Positions 1 to 13,549 of a DNA stretch of 64,000 nucleotides are shown here, piece after piece. Source of the DNA: Zootoca vivipara (lineage: Eukaryota). The stretch spans positions 30,194,001-30,258,000 of the forward strand of contig NC_083284.1 in the NCBI RefSeq assembly GCF_963506605.1. The letters are read 5' to 3'. A program made the translations under genes and the position numbers. The first letter of the stretch is position 1; each line of letters begins with the position of its first letter. The notes beneath the pieces are model-generated. The model did no database searches. It saw only the letters and a program-made list of their open reading frames with translations, and was not told the origin of the DNA.

Positions 1-1048
1 ACCAACTTGTTTCATTCATTTCTAGAGAGGGGTGTAATCTCCTGGGTTTGGGCTCTGCAGCCTCAGCTGTTTCTCCAGATTTTGGAACCTTGAATTATGC
101 CTCCCCTGCCAGCCAATTCTGAATTGGGAACCTTGCCATGCTCCTGAATGGGGAATGGTAAGCTTTCTTCTCTCTGGTGTGGCACCTGGAGTGCGGAGAA
201 AGCAGCGTCACAGAAATAAAGCGCTTAGGAAAATATAGTTCTCTAGAGCTTGTCCTTACAGTTTAGACTTAGGAGACATGGTGAGTTATGTTTCCCATAG
301 CCCCTTGCAGCTGGGATGCTGCTGTTGGGATGTTCTGGGTGCTGTGGCAGATGGAAGGAGGTAAGGGAAGCATTGCTTCTTCTGTTCCTCACCCATGTGA
401 AAAGAAAGGGAGGAGAGAGAGGGTGAGCTAGCAACAGGGAAGCTAGGCATACCATAATGCGAACCAATACAAGCCCAGTCCTGCATTTGGAGGGGAATAG
501 GCTTGCCTTGGGTTCTGAATGGGGGCAGAACTCCAAATTCACCTGATCAACAGCTTGACTGACTGTTTGACTAACTTAGTTTGACTCACTTGATCTCTGT
601 ATGGATGTTTCTATGTATGGATATAACTATCATGACTTAGTGTATTGCTGCCATGTTGATCCACATAGCAAGATGTGAAGTTATTAGGGGGGGAAAGGCC
701 TTTTATTGAACAGGTGGCAGAGAAAATGATAGGGACATGTCCCTCTACAAATGCCATTTTGTTAGTCTTGGGAGACAATGTGCACAACACGAGACAGAAA
801 AGCATGTCTTAATCCAGCATTTACTTGATTGCAGAGAAAAGCCTTGCGGACGACAGGACACTGATATTTTTCATAGCAAATTTCCCTAGGGGTCACACCT
901 GCTTTCCTAATGAAAATGGAGAAGAAGAAAATGAGGAATGTATAAAATCTGCCCTGTGATTTATTTATTTTTATAAAAGAAAATCAAATTCATGATGGGC
1001 AGAATGAAAGCTTTTAAGAGTAGAAAGGTAGCTGTATAATTTGAAGCT

Positions 1049-1142
1049 AGTTACAGGTAGGTAGCCATGTTGGTCTGCCGTAGTTGAAACAAAACAAAAA
1101 TCCTTCCAGTAGCACCTTAGAGACCAACTAAGTTTGTTATTT
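1049..1142 (-). mobile_element. Penelope-like pLTR fragment
   Basis: gttacaggtaggtagccatgttggtctg...gtagcaccttagagaccaactaag is the same family as 11153-11372. Confidence 0.7.
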
Positions 1143-2249
1143 AGTGGGGAGACTCAGTTTCAGCCATCAAATTGAACTTGTCCTTAATTAATCACAGGGA
1201 ACGGTACCATATTATTTTAAATCCAATTCTTGACAGATTTAAAGCACTACATGGCCTTTGCACTGATAGAGAAAGACTGAATTGGGAGTAAATACTTTCC
1301 TTGCAAGGCAAGATCCTATTGGGTAAGAAACAGAAATACACATGCCTGCCAAAATACTTGGCTCAGGCGAAAGGGACACAGATGGCTGTGACTGATAAAT
1401 ATGTCCATTGTTATTTTTTCTGATCAGCACTTTGTGTATGAAATATAGAAGTGTAAGATAGTGAGAGCAGCCATTTAAAAGGCTGAAATAAATGTTGAGA
1501 GCTCGTTGTTCTGCTGCAACTTTCTTCAATGGTGGGGCAATGTAAGTCGAACATAAGGAACAGCACAGAACCAAGACTATTTGATATTTATACTACAGGA
1601 AAGATAATAATCGGTACTCTGGGACTGTTTCCCCCTGCATGTGAAGACAGGCTCTGGGGGTTTGAGCGGACAAGACCAATAATGGGTCCAACAGTCAAAA
1701 AGGCAGTTTCTGCATGTGATGTAGAAGGAAGTAAGGGATACATGGGGCTCCTCAACCTGGGATGGTAGCCCATCTAGAGGAAGGAAGACTCTGATCCTAA
1801 ACATCCACTGCCTTGTGGGATATCTTTGGGAGAAGAAAAGGCTAAGGAGCAAACCCAAATCTGGAGTGGAGTCCCTAAGATGGTTGGATGGTCCCTTCCG
1901 GCAACTCCTGCAGTCAACTGGTGCCAAATGTATTGCTCTGCTTTCCTTTGGGCCTCATCAATGAGGCTGAGAGGGCGTCTTGTCATCTGGGCCTTGCACC
2001 TTGGGGAGGTCACTTCAGTGCTGCTAACACAGCAGTTTGACTTCACCCCCGGAGGCACCCTCCATTCTTTCTCAAGACAAATGGATGCCAATAACAAGTC
2101 CGTCTCCTTGTTCTATAAGCCAGTCCATGTGTGCTAATAACACCTTCAGGATCTTTTTGCCCCACAAGTGGGGCTGTGGTCTGTTGGGGCATCAGTGGTT
2201 GGTGTGCTGGCATTGTTAGTGATCAGTGAATGGTCTATTTATTCTGTTT

Positions 2250-2572
2250 TTTTAAAAAAAGATTTTTATTGGTTTTCACATAAACACACAAATTAACAAA
2301 CATAAAACAAACACACACAAAGAAATACACACATAACACAACCTCTTGCATCTTATACTCTTGTATCTTAATATAATTCGCTCCGCCGAGCTAAGACTTC
2401 CCTCCCTCCCATCCTTCGGCTTTGTTTTTCCACTCTTATCCCACAGTTTCTTCTACCTACTTATTCAAAGTCAGTTCATAGGATTTATTTTAGTCCTGCA
2501 AGTGTCCTTAAACTTCTACAGTTCCTCTTCATGTATTGAATGAATTTACTCCATTCTGGTCTATTTATTCTG
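2250..2572 (-). mobile_element. L1/Tx1-like LINE 3' end
   Basis: Minus strand EWSKFIQYMKRNCRSLRTLAGLK*, followed by a GT-rich 3'UTR, AATAAA and a T/A-rich end. Confidence 0.55.
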
Positions 2573-3628
2573 TATGGACCATAGAAGGGAAAGCTATTGC
2601 TGGGTGATAGAGCACATGTCTTTCATGTAGAAGGTTATGGGTTTCACTCCTGGTATCTCCAGGTTGAGCTGGGAAAGGCTTCTGAATGACACTTTGTGTC
2701 CAGGTCTGTGGCTTTCAGGGAAAGCTGGCAATATCGATTCATAAGAGTTAAAGGCCAGGCCAAGCAGAGGGTATCCAGGACCTTGGACAGGTGCAAGGGA
2801 CCCTATGAAGGCAGCCAGAGGAAAATGTCTCAGCATGGATGCAGATGGGCTAGAGTTCGAGGCGAGTTTGAGGTGGTCAAGTTTGCTGTTGTTCAGTGTG
2901 GTTAAAATAAAAGGAATTGTGAAGAACTCCAAAAGGACCCATACCAAACAGGGTGAATGAGCCATATAATTCTCCTCATTCCAGTTGTGTTCCTGGTCAC
3001 GGGGAACAATGCTACGATGTTCCCTGCTGCAACTCTCTGTGTGGCATAACAAATCACATGTGAGGAGTTTCAAAAGAAGTTTGTGTGATGCTTATGAAGC
3101 TGGGGGGTGGGGAAGGCCCAAAATCACAGCGGGAAAGGGTAAATTGTGTTTTTGATCTGGAGCACTGAATCATATCCTAGCCATTTACTTCAGTAGGATT
3201 GAGATGATGTCCATTATATTAGGTCATCAGCACTGCAGCAAGAGACAGTCGTTTTCCAAAAGCTCCCATAGTGGGTGTTACAAATGAGCAATAAATAACT
3301 CATGAAAAATCCATTCTTTGTTTTTCTTAATAGCCAAAGGAAGGTGAGCCTGCTGAGGCTCAGGCCTGCCCCCTGAGAAGATTTTTCTTTTTCTTTTTAG
3401 AGGCAGTTAAACAGACTTTCTCCAGCAGGAGTTATTGCTCTCTTAAACCAATTTTCAACATGTGTTTGCAGAGCAGTAATTCACGGTGTCTTTCATTTCT
3501 CTGATAACACTGTCCCTGATGAACAGCTGATAATTTCTAATAGTATTGATCTTCCTATAGGTTTTTCTGCTTCTAGTAATTTTTTTAATTGAACAATTAA
3601 TTAATTATTTTTTTTTGTTTTGGTTTTT

Positions 3629-3916
3629 AGAATAGAATACTTTATTGTCATTGTACATAGTACAATGAAATTGAATGCCATCCCATAAAAAACAAAATAA
3701 AAACACAATTACAGCCACACATACATACACACCCATCACAACTCCCCGGGATCATATTATTTAGTTACAGCATTTAAGATGGTTATAGCTCTTGGATAGA
3801 AACTGTTTTTCAATCTATTTGTTCTTGATTTAATTGTTCTGTATCTCTTGCCTGAAGGCAATGGTGCAAAAAGACTATAGCCAGGATGAGATGAATCCTG
3901 TAAAATATTATTTGCC
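3629..3916 (-). mobile_element. Rex1/Babar-type LINE 3' end
   Basis: Minus strand ANNILQDSSHPGYSLFAPLPSGKRYRTIKSRTNRLKNSFYPRAITILN; (CTATT)n-type tail. Confidence 0.8.
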
Positions 3917-5148
3917 GTGCTGGCTCATGGTGGCTTTCATAACAGTTTGTAGTGTTTGAAATATCTGGTCTAACCTATAAATAGATAAATAAATGAATAG
4001 CAATAACTTACTTGATGGGATAGCTGAAACCAAACATGAGAAAACTAAAACTGTGATTGTAACGATTATTCAAATAATGCATATAAAATACTATGAATAC
4101 TTTACAGTATTATAGGAATGTTAAGTGTTAATTGCCAGCAATTCCTATCACCTTGGTCTAATTCTATGGTGTGATAAACCTAAGAAAGGGGGTTGGGTTA
4201 GGATCCTGAATACGACTGGGCATTATATGTGCACATCTCAAGCTGTTAAAATTGTCTTATTGAAGCAATATATTTAATGTGGGATTCTGCCAAATTCTGT
4301 CTGGAGTCCAACTACAAGAAAAGAATCCTATGTAAACATTCTGTGAATACATCTAACTTCTTTGTATTTGAACTTCTGCCTTTAAAGGACCCTACCGTAC
4401 ATATACCATATGTAGCTCCTATTTTGTCAAGAGTGTAAATTGAGTTTGGAGCGTAGAAATGTTGGGGATGTATATATATAAAACCTCCTTCTGACAGAAC
4501 TTCGTAAGCACGGGTTGGGTGCATGAAAGATTGGGACCATGAATTACGACCCCAGGTTCCCCTTCTCCCCTCCTGCATGTTATCGGTTCACACACAGAAT
4601 ATCTGCAAATGCCTAAGTTCACTGTGGGATGAAAAAAAACTCAGCCTCAGTGACAAATCTTTTATGGTGAAATTGTCAAAGGAGAAACACAGTTTGTGTT
4701 ATCAGCATTAATCGCTTGGCAATCAAGGTATTCTTTGCCCCATAATAAAACAGTCTGCATGGGCAGAATTCATTTAATGAGAGCTGTGAGGCAATATTGT
4801 TAACACAGTACCCACTTGAATGGGGTTAGCGATAAATTCAAGTACTAGGAGGACAACAGTGCAACTTAATAGACAACCCTTCTATAGAAACCTCTGTCAG
4901 GGAGTCAATTAGACTCCATCCAAAGCAGTGTTTATTGTATATGTCTCTTAATAAGCAGGCATTTTTGAATATTTTTTGTTATTTTTTGGCTTCTTTGGGG
5001 ATATAATTTTAAGAAGACTAAAGAAAGTCTTCCCATTTTCCTTTGAGAGAATACAAAGGAATCGGGTTTTGCTTACGCCGCCAAGAAGTGTGGTAAATGC
5101 AAAAAAGGGTGCTCTAATAAGGAGGCATATACAGTACTGAGGAGCTAG

Positions 5149-5152
<4 letters not shown>

Positions 5153-5229
<77 letters not shown>
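5153..5229. repeat. Compound (GT)n(GA)n microsatellite
   Basis: Directly visible. Confidence 0.95.
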
Positions 5230-5234
<5 letters not shown>

Positions 5235-5798
5235 GTGTTTGTATAAAAACTCTTCAGCTGGCTGTCAGTTCATGCATAAAGAAGACTTGAAAGTGTTAAG
5301 ATGGCATTATTAACTATTGAAATTATTGTTTTTTTATTTTTTTATTTTCAAATATTTTCTAAGTTCTTCCGAACTGGGGAGAAATGGTTGAATAACTGAT
5401 TAAAACACCTTTCTTTATACGCATAGGGGAGCCTGTATTGGTGAACCTTGGTTCCTGGCCTACTGAATGGGCCAATTCTGATAGAATAAGGGCTTTGGGA
5501 AAGGGGAGCTACCGTCATGGAAGCTCAAGGAGTCTTGGAACAGTGGGGTCTCCTCTGCTCGTTTTAGGGAAACAGAGGGCCATTTTATACAACCAGCAGA
5601 ATCATGTGCTGAAACTTTTCCTATATAGTACCACTTGGTACCACTGCTCCCCTACATCAAAAACTCTGTATGGGAATAATAGAGTTACAGAGATCAGATT
5701 AGCCAAATATTTGTTAGGAGGTGCAGAGTTCCTCTGTGAAGGTTCCCAGCCTGAAGTGGTGCAGTCGGGAAACGCTTTTCCACACGTGTGATCCAGCC

Positions 5799-5936
5799 CA
5801 GGGATGGGGAACCTCTGACTCTCCAGATGTGGATGAACTACAACTCTCAGCATCCCTCACCATCAACCATGCTGGTTGGGGCCAATGGGAGTTGCATTCC
5901 AACAGCATCTGGAGGGCGGCAGGTTCCCCATCCCTG
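5799..5936. mobile_element. Older related hAT MITE
   Basis: TIRs cagggatggggaacct/aggttccccatccctg; degenerate TSD atccagcc/gtctagcc. Confidence 0.85.
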
Positions 5937-6789
5937 GTCTAGCCTTAAGTATTAACAAATTTAAGAACCTGATCTCTTATCGGATAGATCTGCCATCTAC
6001 AGATGATTCTCAGTTACATACTGTGAAATAGTAATTTCCTTTCACATCAACTCTAATTAGCGATTCAGACTAGTACTGGGAAATTCTGTCTTCTCCGTAC
6101 TTTTTAATCTGCTCCATTGAAAAACTTCTAGAAATGCTGACAGATATTTTGTTTACATAGTGTAGTGCGAAAGTTGCAGAATAGCCTGGAGTGTGGTGAC
6201 TTGGCTTTAGTTTGCTGTTTTCCCTTTTAGTTGTTCATGAGTGGTTACATATGCTGCAAAGTCATTGTGGGATGCTGTGTGTACATTCCTTTGCAACAAT
6301 TTCCAGATTTCACTTATTTACAACATTGTAGGCCGCCTTTTTGGGTATCGTGTGCCCAGAACGGCTAAAACAGCAACATCGCGATACATTCTTCATGATG
6401 GCCAATTGTGTGTGACATCCTACTGGAAAGCACATTTTATGCAAGTAATTGAAGTGAAGCAATAGTGTACTCCTTTGTAGCAGTTAACAGAACACTTCTA
6501 AACTCACGTGAACTGCCAAGAAACTCACCAGGAAATAGGAGGGAGGGTAGGGAAGCACACAAACATGTGGGGTGATTCTGACCTCTTAAGCAAGTCTTAG
6601 AGATGGCACATTTTTCCTTCTGCACCAGCCCCTTGCATGCAATTCATCCCATGGGACTGTGTAAGAAAAAAACTCAACAGTAAGTGCAGACTCTGGCAGG
6701 TTCCTAAGCTTGCCCCAACGGTCAGCATCATCAGGCACTTGCCCCAAACTGCAACCTAGCAGAGCACACATTGCTGAGCCCAAGCCACC

Positions 6790-6936
6790 TGATGGATAGC
6801 TCAGCTAGTAGAGCATGAGATTCTTAATCTCAGGGTTGTAGGTTCGAGCCCCACCTTGGGTGAAAGATTTCTGCATCGCACAGGGTTGGGTTAAATGACC
6901 CTATTGGTCGCTTCCAACCTTACAATTCTGTTATTC
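6790..6936 (+). mobile_element. tRNA-Lys(CTT)-derived SINE with CR1-type 3' tail
   Basis: tagctcagctagtagagcatgagattcttaatctcagggttgtaggttcgagccccac (A/B boxes), followed by a CR1-like end cttccaaccttacaattctg. Confidence 0.85.
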
Positions 6937-8059
6937 GAGCTGATTTTTATTGCTGCTGACACCTGTTTACCTGCCCTCTCTGAGTGAAAGGGCAGAGGAA
7001 AGGAGGAACAGCAGCCTCTGTTTGCTTAATATTCTGTGATGGTACAGATTGGACCTAGGAGAAGAGGGATAAGCCAATGGGCAACAGTGTTGGTGGTGTG
7101 GAGGAAGGGGAGCCCCACAGGAAGGGCCATCCACTGAGGGCACATTCCACAGCTACCGCCAAAGCTGGAACTTTCCTTATTTCCCCCCGTAGTACAGTAG
7201 GGCATATTCCAAATTCTCCATGGCCATCAGAGAGTAATTCAGATGCACATATCTTGCTGCCAGCACTTTGCATTTGCGCCACCATTATGTATAGCTGGGC
7301 TTTATTAGACATCAGCTTTGTGGCATTAGAAAAGCACATATTTAAAGCCAATGCAAATTAGTGCTCTCTTTTCATTGTGAGTTTACTACTGAAGTAGTAC
7401 AACCTTTCAAGAAACAAAGACGTTTTCTAACAGCAAGAAAAAAGATTATAGCTGGAGTCTCTTCATTGAATGCTCAGAGATACTCTTAGTAGGCAGTCTG
7501 TGTGAGGCATCCCCGGGGTTCCTAACAGAAATCTCTCCTTTACTCCTCCTGTTTTGTTACTAGTGGATTATGTGCAGTAGCTGTTATCCCATTATATGGT
7601 CCATTTATAACTATTTGGTTCAGGTTTTTAAGTGACTGGGACAGAACTCTATGTAGTACAGCTGAGATAAAGAACCCTTAAAACAAAAGGAAAAAGGAAT
7701 TTACTCGGCTGCTCAAAAGACCTTCAGACCCTCTTTCCCAGTCCTGTGCATTTTGCCTTAAGCAATTTTTAAAAAAATAAAATATAAAAGGATAAACTAT
7801 AGCATGATTCTGTTTTGTAAATAGCTGTGCTTCATTGCATTCCCATCTATCTTTAAATTATTATTCTTAAGGCAGCAAATGATAACATTTGTCAGAACTA
7901 TTCAAGTCCTATTACCCCGAGCCCAAAAGAAGTGCCACTGAACACATTTCAGAAAATAGGCTGAAATAAAAATACAAAATAGATCAGAGCAACAAGTATC
8001 TAACAATCTGAACAATTGAAGTAAAGGAATTGTTGTCATGCATGATGCTAAATGTTAGG

Positions 8060-8231
8060 AACATTCGAAGCTGCCTTATACCGAGTCAGCCCATTGGCCC
8101 ATCTAGCTCAGTATCATCTGCACTGATTGGTAGCAGGTCTCCTATGTGTCAGACAGGATTCTTTCCCAGCCCTAACAGGTCATATCTGGGACTGAACCTT
8201 TAGCTCTACCATTGAGGTATGAACCTCTCCC
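8060..8231 (-). mobile_element. Squam3-like SINE
   Basis: gaagctgccttataccgagtcagcccattggcccatctagctcagtat...ctttcccagccct matches the recalled Squam3 body. Related pieces at ~2586-2685 and ~24562-24620. Confidence 0.65.
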
Positions 8232-9079
8232 ATTTAATGTATTTAACTTTGGCGTCCTGTATTCTTCACTACATGTTTTTGTACATATTTTGTCCCTACA
8301 TGTTTCTGTCTTTTTTTAACAGTTCAGAAACTAGCACACAGTGATTTATCCATAATAAATAGTGTCCATATAATACAAATACGGTCTGTGACACCCAGGC
8401 TACAGATTGGCCACCTAAACTTTGAAAGCAATTAATTTTTTCTTAAAAATAATAATACTTATCATAGCCTGTAACAAACTTGTGTAAACGAGTTTGCATT
8501 TTCATACCAGAAATGGTTGATATAAGCATAAAGAGTAAAAAAGGACCAGGCCGGTATACATCTCAGTATTGACTTTCTGTGTTTGTATGCTGGGATTTGT
8601 TTTTTTGTTTACTGTTGTTATCTGTAAAATATATTTAAAAAGTGATGTTATTTATCTGGCAAAATCCAGAAAGGAGGATGCGTCATTTCCCTCTGATTTT
8701 AGGATCTAATGGGCAAGATGGAGTTTATAAGAGAGCAGAAAGAGATATGTGGAATATCCGTATATGAAGTTAGACTATTCATATCAGTTTTCGTTACGAA
8801 AGATGGCTTCAGCTTGTAGGTCTAGCACCAGAAAACACTGGTATGGCTTATGGATGTTTATACAGATGGATAATATGAAGATAATAATAGCATTTTTGTT
8901 AATATTTTATGAAGACTGATGTGCTGAAATAAGTAAGAGAAATAAGTAAGATGCTTTGCAATATTGAAGGAAAGAGAATACCTCTCTGAGGTATTCCATT
9001 TAAAAAGCTAAAAGAAGGATCAAGCCCTTGCAGGAGCATTCGTACTGTGCTAGGTCAACACATGGATCTGATAAGAGTG

Positions 9080-10720
9080 TTTATTTCCATAAATTACTCC
9101 TACCTTTACAAGCTCCCTGACTTGTTTTGATAAATTGGGAGCAGACCATTTAATTTGCCGTATGTAAATATTTCTCTTTCCATTTGTGCGATGTTCAGGT
9201 ATGTTATAATAACTGCCGTGCAAAGGCCTGCAAGCGATTCACCGCTGATGCGCAACTGAAAGTTTTTAGTTGACAGCCCAGTGATAAGTAGATTTATATG
9301 TGATTTTGATTTCAGTGAGAGAGTTAAGCACATGCTTCTCTCTTGTCCATTGAAACTTATGGGGTCAAATCAATGGGGCCAAAAACAAGAAAAGAAGACC
9401 TCACTTCGATTGGATCACACTGGCATTGTTTTCAGATGTTATTGCACCAGAGATTACAAGATGGTTAATTTATTTAATAGACAGAAATGCTGATCGCTCA
9501 CTCTCCTCTCCCCTCGCTCACCATTATCTGCTCTGACCCCATCTTGAGCCACAGCATGGTATATGGTAACCGTCATGGTTCATTTGGGTGTGTGTGATCT
9601 TGTGGAGATTAATTCTTGTAAATGTTTCAGCAAAAGATTTTTTTAAAAAATTGTCGTCGTCAAAATGATGCTTTTAGGCGGCCATTTGACTTTAGAAGGC
9701 TATTCAGACTTTTGTCCCCATTGCTGAAACTCGGGATTCTGATTAGTGACGCTTTAATAAAGTCATTTGAAGTTCAGTGGACTGCATCTTCGACCATTTC
9801 TAATGTTTCTATGGTCACCAAGAAGCAACTCCCCATTCAAGCCTCTGTACCGTCTTCTTTTTCAAGTGCACGCCTTTGAAAAGTAAAAGGATTCCTGGGT
9901 GTATATGGTTCTTCATTGGCTGCAGTTTCAAATGGCTACAGAAGCAGGTTCTCTCCCCCCCCTTTATAATTATTCCTTTTTAGTTCACTGTTTCCATTTT
10001 GATGTGACAGCAATTGACTAAACGTGCGCCTTTTAAATGACCAAAGTTTGGGGAAATATTTAGGCTTTTTTTATTGCCGCAATTTTCTACAATGGAACAT
10101 GGCAGAGAAAGGCTCTTTCCGCTTGATTAGGTAGTAAGGCGAACACAGCCTGTGAGTAAAAAAAAAAAATACCTTAACACCCCCTGATTTTCCCTCCTTT
10201 TATTTTCTCTCTCTTCCCTTCCCCCCGAAAATTGACAAAGAAGAAAACTGTGCCTAATCAGCCACAATACGACCATTCAAGGAGACCTTAACTTTGCAGG
10301 AACTGATGCATTTTTGTATTGGCTAATGACTTGAGAATGAACATTTACAACATGTGAAAACTGAGGGGGGAAGAAAAATTATAGCCATCTCTTGGTTCAC
10401 AGGAGCAAGGGATGCAGGTCATTGACTCGATTTTCATGGGAAGACTGACTCTCGCCTGCTCGCAGACTCCGAGGCTAAACAACCTGATATTGACAGCTGT
10501 GGCTTTGGGGAGGGCAGCCTGCAACAGCTTTGTACATTGGGTTGTTGAGGCAAAACAAGGCAAGATTTAAAAGAAAGCACTGAAAGAGAACAGTAGTTCT
10601 AGTGTCCGGGAGCCGCCGACTGGCTGCTTCTTATTAGAGGCTTTCTCATTGAAAATGTCATTTAGCATTGTGACAGGAGAAATATTTATCATTAAAGTGA
10701 CCAATGCCACTTAATTAAAT
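9080..10720. promoter_or_regulatory. Candidate conserved non-coding element cluster (intronic enhancer)
   Basis: TE-free, AT-rich, dense in TAAT/ATTA and TGACAG/TGTCA motifs with some retained CpGs. Inference only, no alignment available. Confidence 0.4.
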
Positions 10721-11152
10721 GGAAGGGGAGAAAATAAAAAAAAATGCTCTCCGTATACTCTGATTGGAATCAAAATCAAGGAGGAGTTACTCTTTTTTCC
10801 TGTGCACAGGGCAGAAACCGTTATTAGGTGTTTTGGGGTTTGTTGTTGTTTTTACGAAATAAGTGCTGAATGTATGGTGAATGCAAAAGGATTTGAGCCA
10901 ACGTTTTGTATTTTAAAAATACATGTTCCCCCATGTGTGCATGATTACGGTTGAAATCCTAACCCTGCTTATCTGGGGACAAGCCCCACTAAGTTCCATA
11001 GGGCTTACTTATGAGTAAACAAAGTTAGAATTGTACTGTTAAATATTAGTTAACGCATTTGCTAGTTACAGCCTTGTTATTCTCTGTGTGTGTCACTTTC
11101 ATCCACCCATAAACATATATGGGTTTTCTCATACACACCTCTCACACTCTTA

Positions 11153-11372
11153 AGTTAAAACAAAATTTTAAAAATTCCTTCAGTAGCACCTTAAAGACCA
11201 ACTAAGTTTTTATTTTGGTATGAGCTTTCGTGTGCATGCACACATCTTCAGAAGGTACACTTCTTCACACGAAAGCTCATACCAAAATAAAAACTTAGTT
11301 GGTCTTTAAGGTGCTACTGGAGGAATTTTTAAATTTTGTTTTGACTCAGACCAACATGGCTACCTACCTGTA
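11153..11372. mobile_element. Penelope-like terminal (pLTR) remnant in inverted arrangement
   Basis: ~80-bp inverted arms (11153-11234 and 11266-11346) containing gtagcaccttaaagaccaactaag and cacacgaaagctcat. Flanking direct repeat actcttaagtt at 11146-11156 and 11373-11383. Confidence 0.8.
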
Positions 11373-13549
11373 ACTCTTAAGTTGTTTATTTTCTTCCTCA
11401 TGCCTGAAAATGTGATATTTATAGGCCCAGGTTGCCTCCCTTGATCTCCATTCTTAACTAAATTTTCATCTTTCAGCACTTACAGTATGTGCCACTGATA
11501 TATTTGCCGTACCAGATTATTATACAGTATTGGTCATGCCTATGGCGTGTGGGTAAATTCCCATGAGTGTCAATAGTCCTATCAGAATAAAGTCTCTTTT
11601 TTTGCTCCTATTTGATGCCACATCTTTCTGCCTAGTTTATACAAAGTTCTGAATCCTCTGTGTATCCTCTGTGTAACAATTGCAAAGTATATAACTCATC
11701 AGCCTGTGAAGTGCATAGGAGATCAGCCCATGTTCTTGTCGCTGCTCTGAAATGTCTGAGTCAATTTGTCACAAGAAAGCACTGCAAAATGGAATTGGTT
11801 TGATCAGTGATCTTGACACTCTGCCTAAGAGATTATCTCTCTTCATCTGATTTGCAGGGCGACAATTTGTTAATCCTGAGAAGGAAAAATGTCATCTACA
11901 ATTCTGATTCTATTTCCAATGAACTTTTTTTTTTGTACACAAAGGTGTCTTCTCTTCCTTCTAGCAGCCAAATGAGCGTGACACAACATTCCAAGGCCCA
12001 AATAGAACCACAAAACAAAAGGCCAGCACTTTCCAAAGAGGGCCAATCATTCCTTATTGGTATTAAATATTGCTGGTTGCTTTGGGTGCCATGTAATGTT
12101 AAACCGGAGCTGAACTTCCAGCTGAAATTCAAAGTTGCATGTAGACTGCAAGAAAGCAAGGATTTACACATATGGTATGTCTCATAGCACAAAAATCATG
12201 TTCTTATATAACCATCACCAGGTTTGTTGATAGATATACATTGATACTAGCCTGCTTTTTTTTTTTTTGCTGTTGCTTTTTCATGATTGAAATATTAAAT
12301 AAAGGCCACAGTTCTTGCTCTCTGCTAGAAACACGAGGATACGATTGCAACCAGTGTGACTTCCATATGTTTAGCTGGGTGCAAGATTGCCTCCCCTAAT
12401 CATATTAACTAATTAAGTTCAATTAGTTAAAATCCATGGCTAGAAATGTACTTGACACAAATAAAGCTTTTGGTCAGAAGCCAATGCAGAAGGTAGCATG
12501 TAAGGTGCTGTCACTCTTGAGCATGGCCAGCCACAGCTCAGTTCCACACAATGGACTGGGCCATTGTGTGCCTTTATGTGTTAAATGGTGTTGATGGTTC
12601 ACAAGAGATAATTTCACAAGCCGATAACTGCATGAGAGAATCAAGGAGAAACACACATTCAGTACTTATATATAAATTATTTACAAGCGAGCAGCTATTA
12701 TGGACTACATTCAACTAAATAGTTACACTGGTGCAAGGATTAGCACTGGCACAAAGGGACTTTCCCCCTCTGCCTGCACACCCCAAATCTGCTCTGGGAG
12801 GTTGGAGAGAGAACCCAGAACAGATTTAGGGTCTGTGGAAGAGGAGAGAGCAAGAAAAGCTTGCTGTGTGCAAGGAGGTATCCTTGTGCTGATGGAAGTT
12901 CTCCTTGGTGCTACATTGCCTACAACCCTTGGTGGCTGTGTTTGCGCATAACAATAAGTCAAACATTATGGCTTAGTGTGAATGAGCAGCATCCTAGAGC
13001 CCACTACCCACTCCCACTTGGCTCCCTGGAGTGCGCAAGTTCATGGTTTGCTGCTCCTTAAGAAGCCCCGACCAGCAAGATGTCAATACACAATGGCTTA
13101 AAGTTGGCTAGCGGTCATGGCTTGTTCGGATACAACAAACCACAGTCCCTGGTTCCAATGTAATGAGAAGCCAAGGCTTGCCCCTTTGTCTATGCCCCTC
13201 GCACTCGGAAAGAAGCAGAGCAGTCATGCAGTGTGCCCCAGCATGCTGCTGATTCACAACAAACCGCAATAAGCAGGGAGGTCTGGCTTATCCTTCCTTG
13301 AAAATGTGACCTGTCTGTTCATTTGCAGACTGATGAATCTGAGTGAACTGAAATATTTTTTGGAAGCCAAAAAGGCTTCCTGGCTTCCTATCACTTCAGC
13401 ACGGTGGCTAAAAGGTGAACCTGACAAAGACTGGCATACCTAAGACATGCTGCAAAGCTGTCTGTACCACGGCTGCATCCCCCGATTGACACTGTAATTC
13501 CATCAAAGTAGAGATCCTGCTGTTTTGATTGTGTGTGCGCGCACACACA

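Noticed and set aside
6790-6862. tRNA-Lys gene
   Set aside because: Stem mismatches, no terminator, and direct fusion to a CR1-type tail; a second copy at 22465 indicates a SINE.
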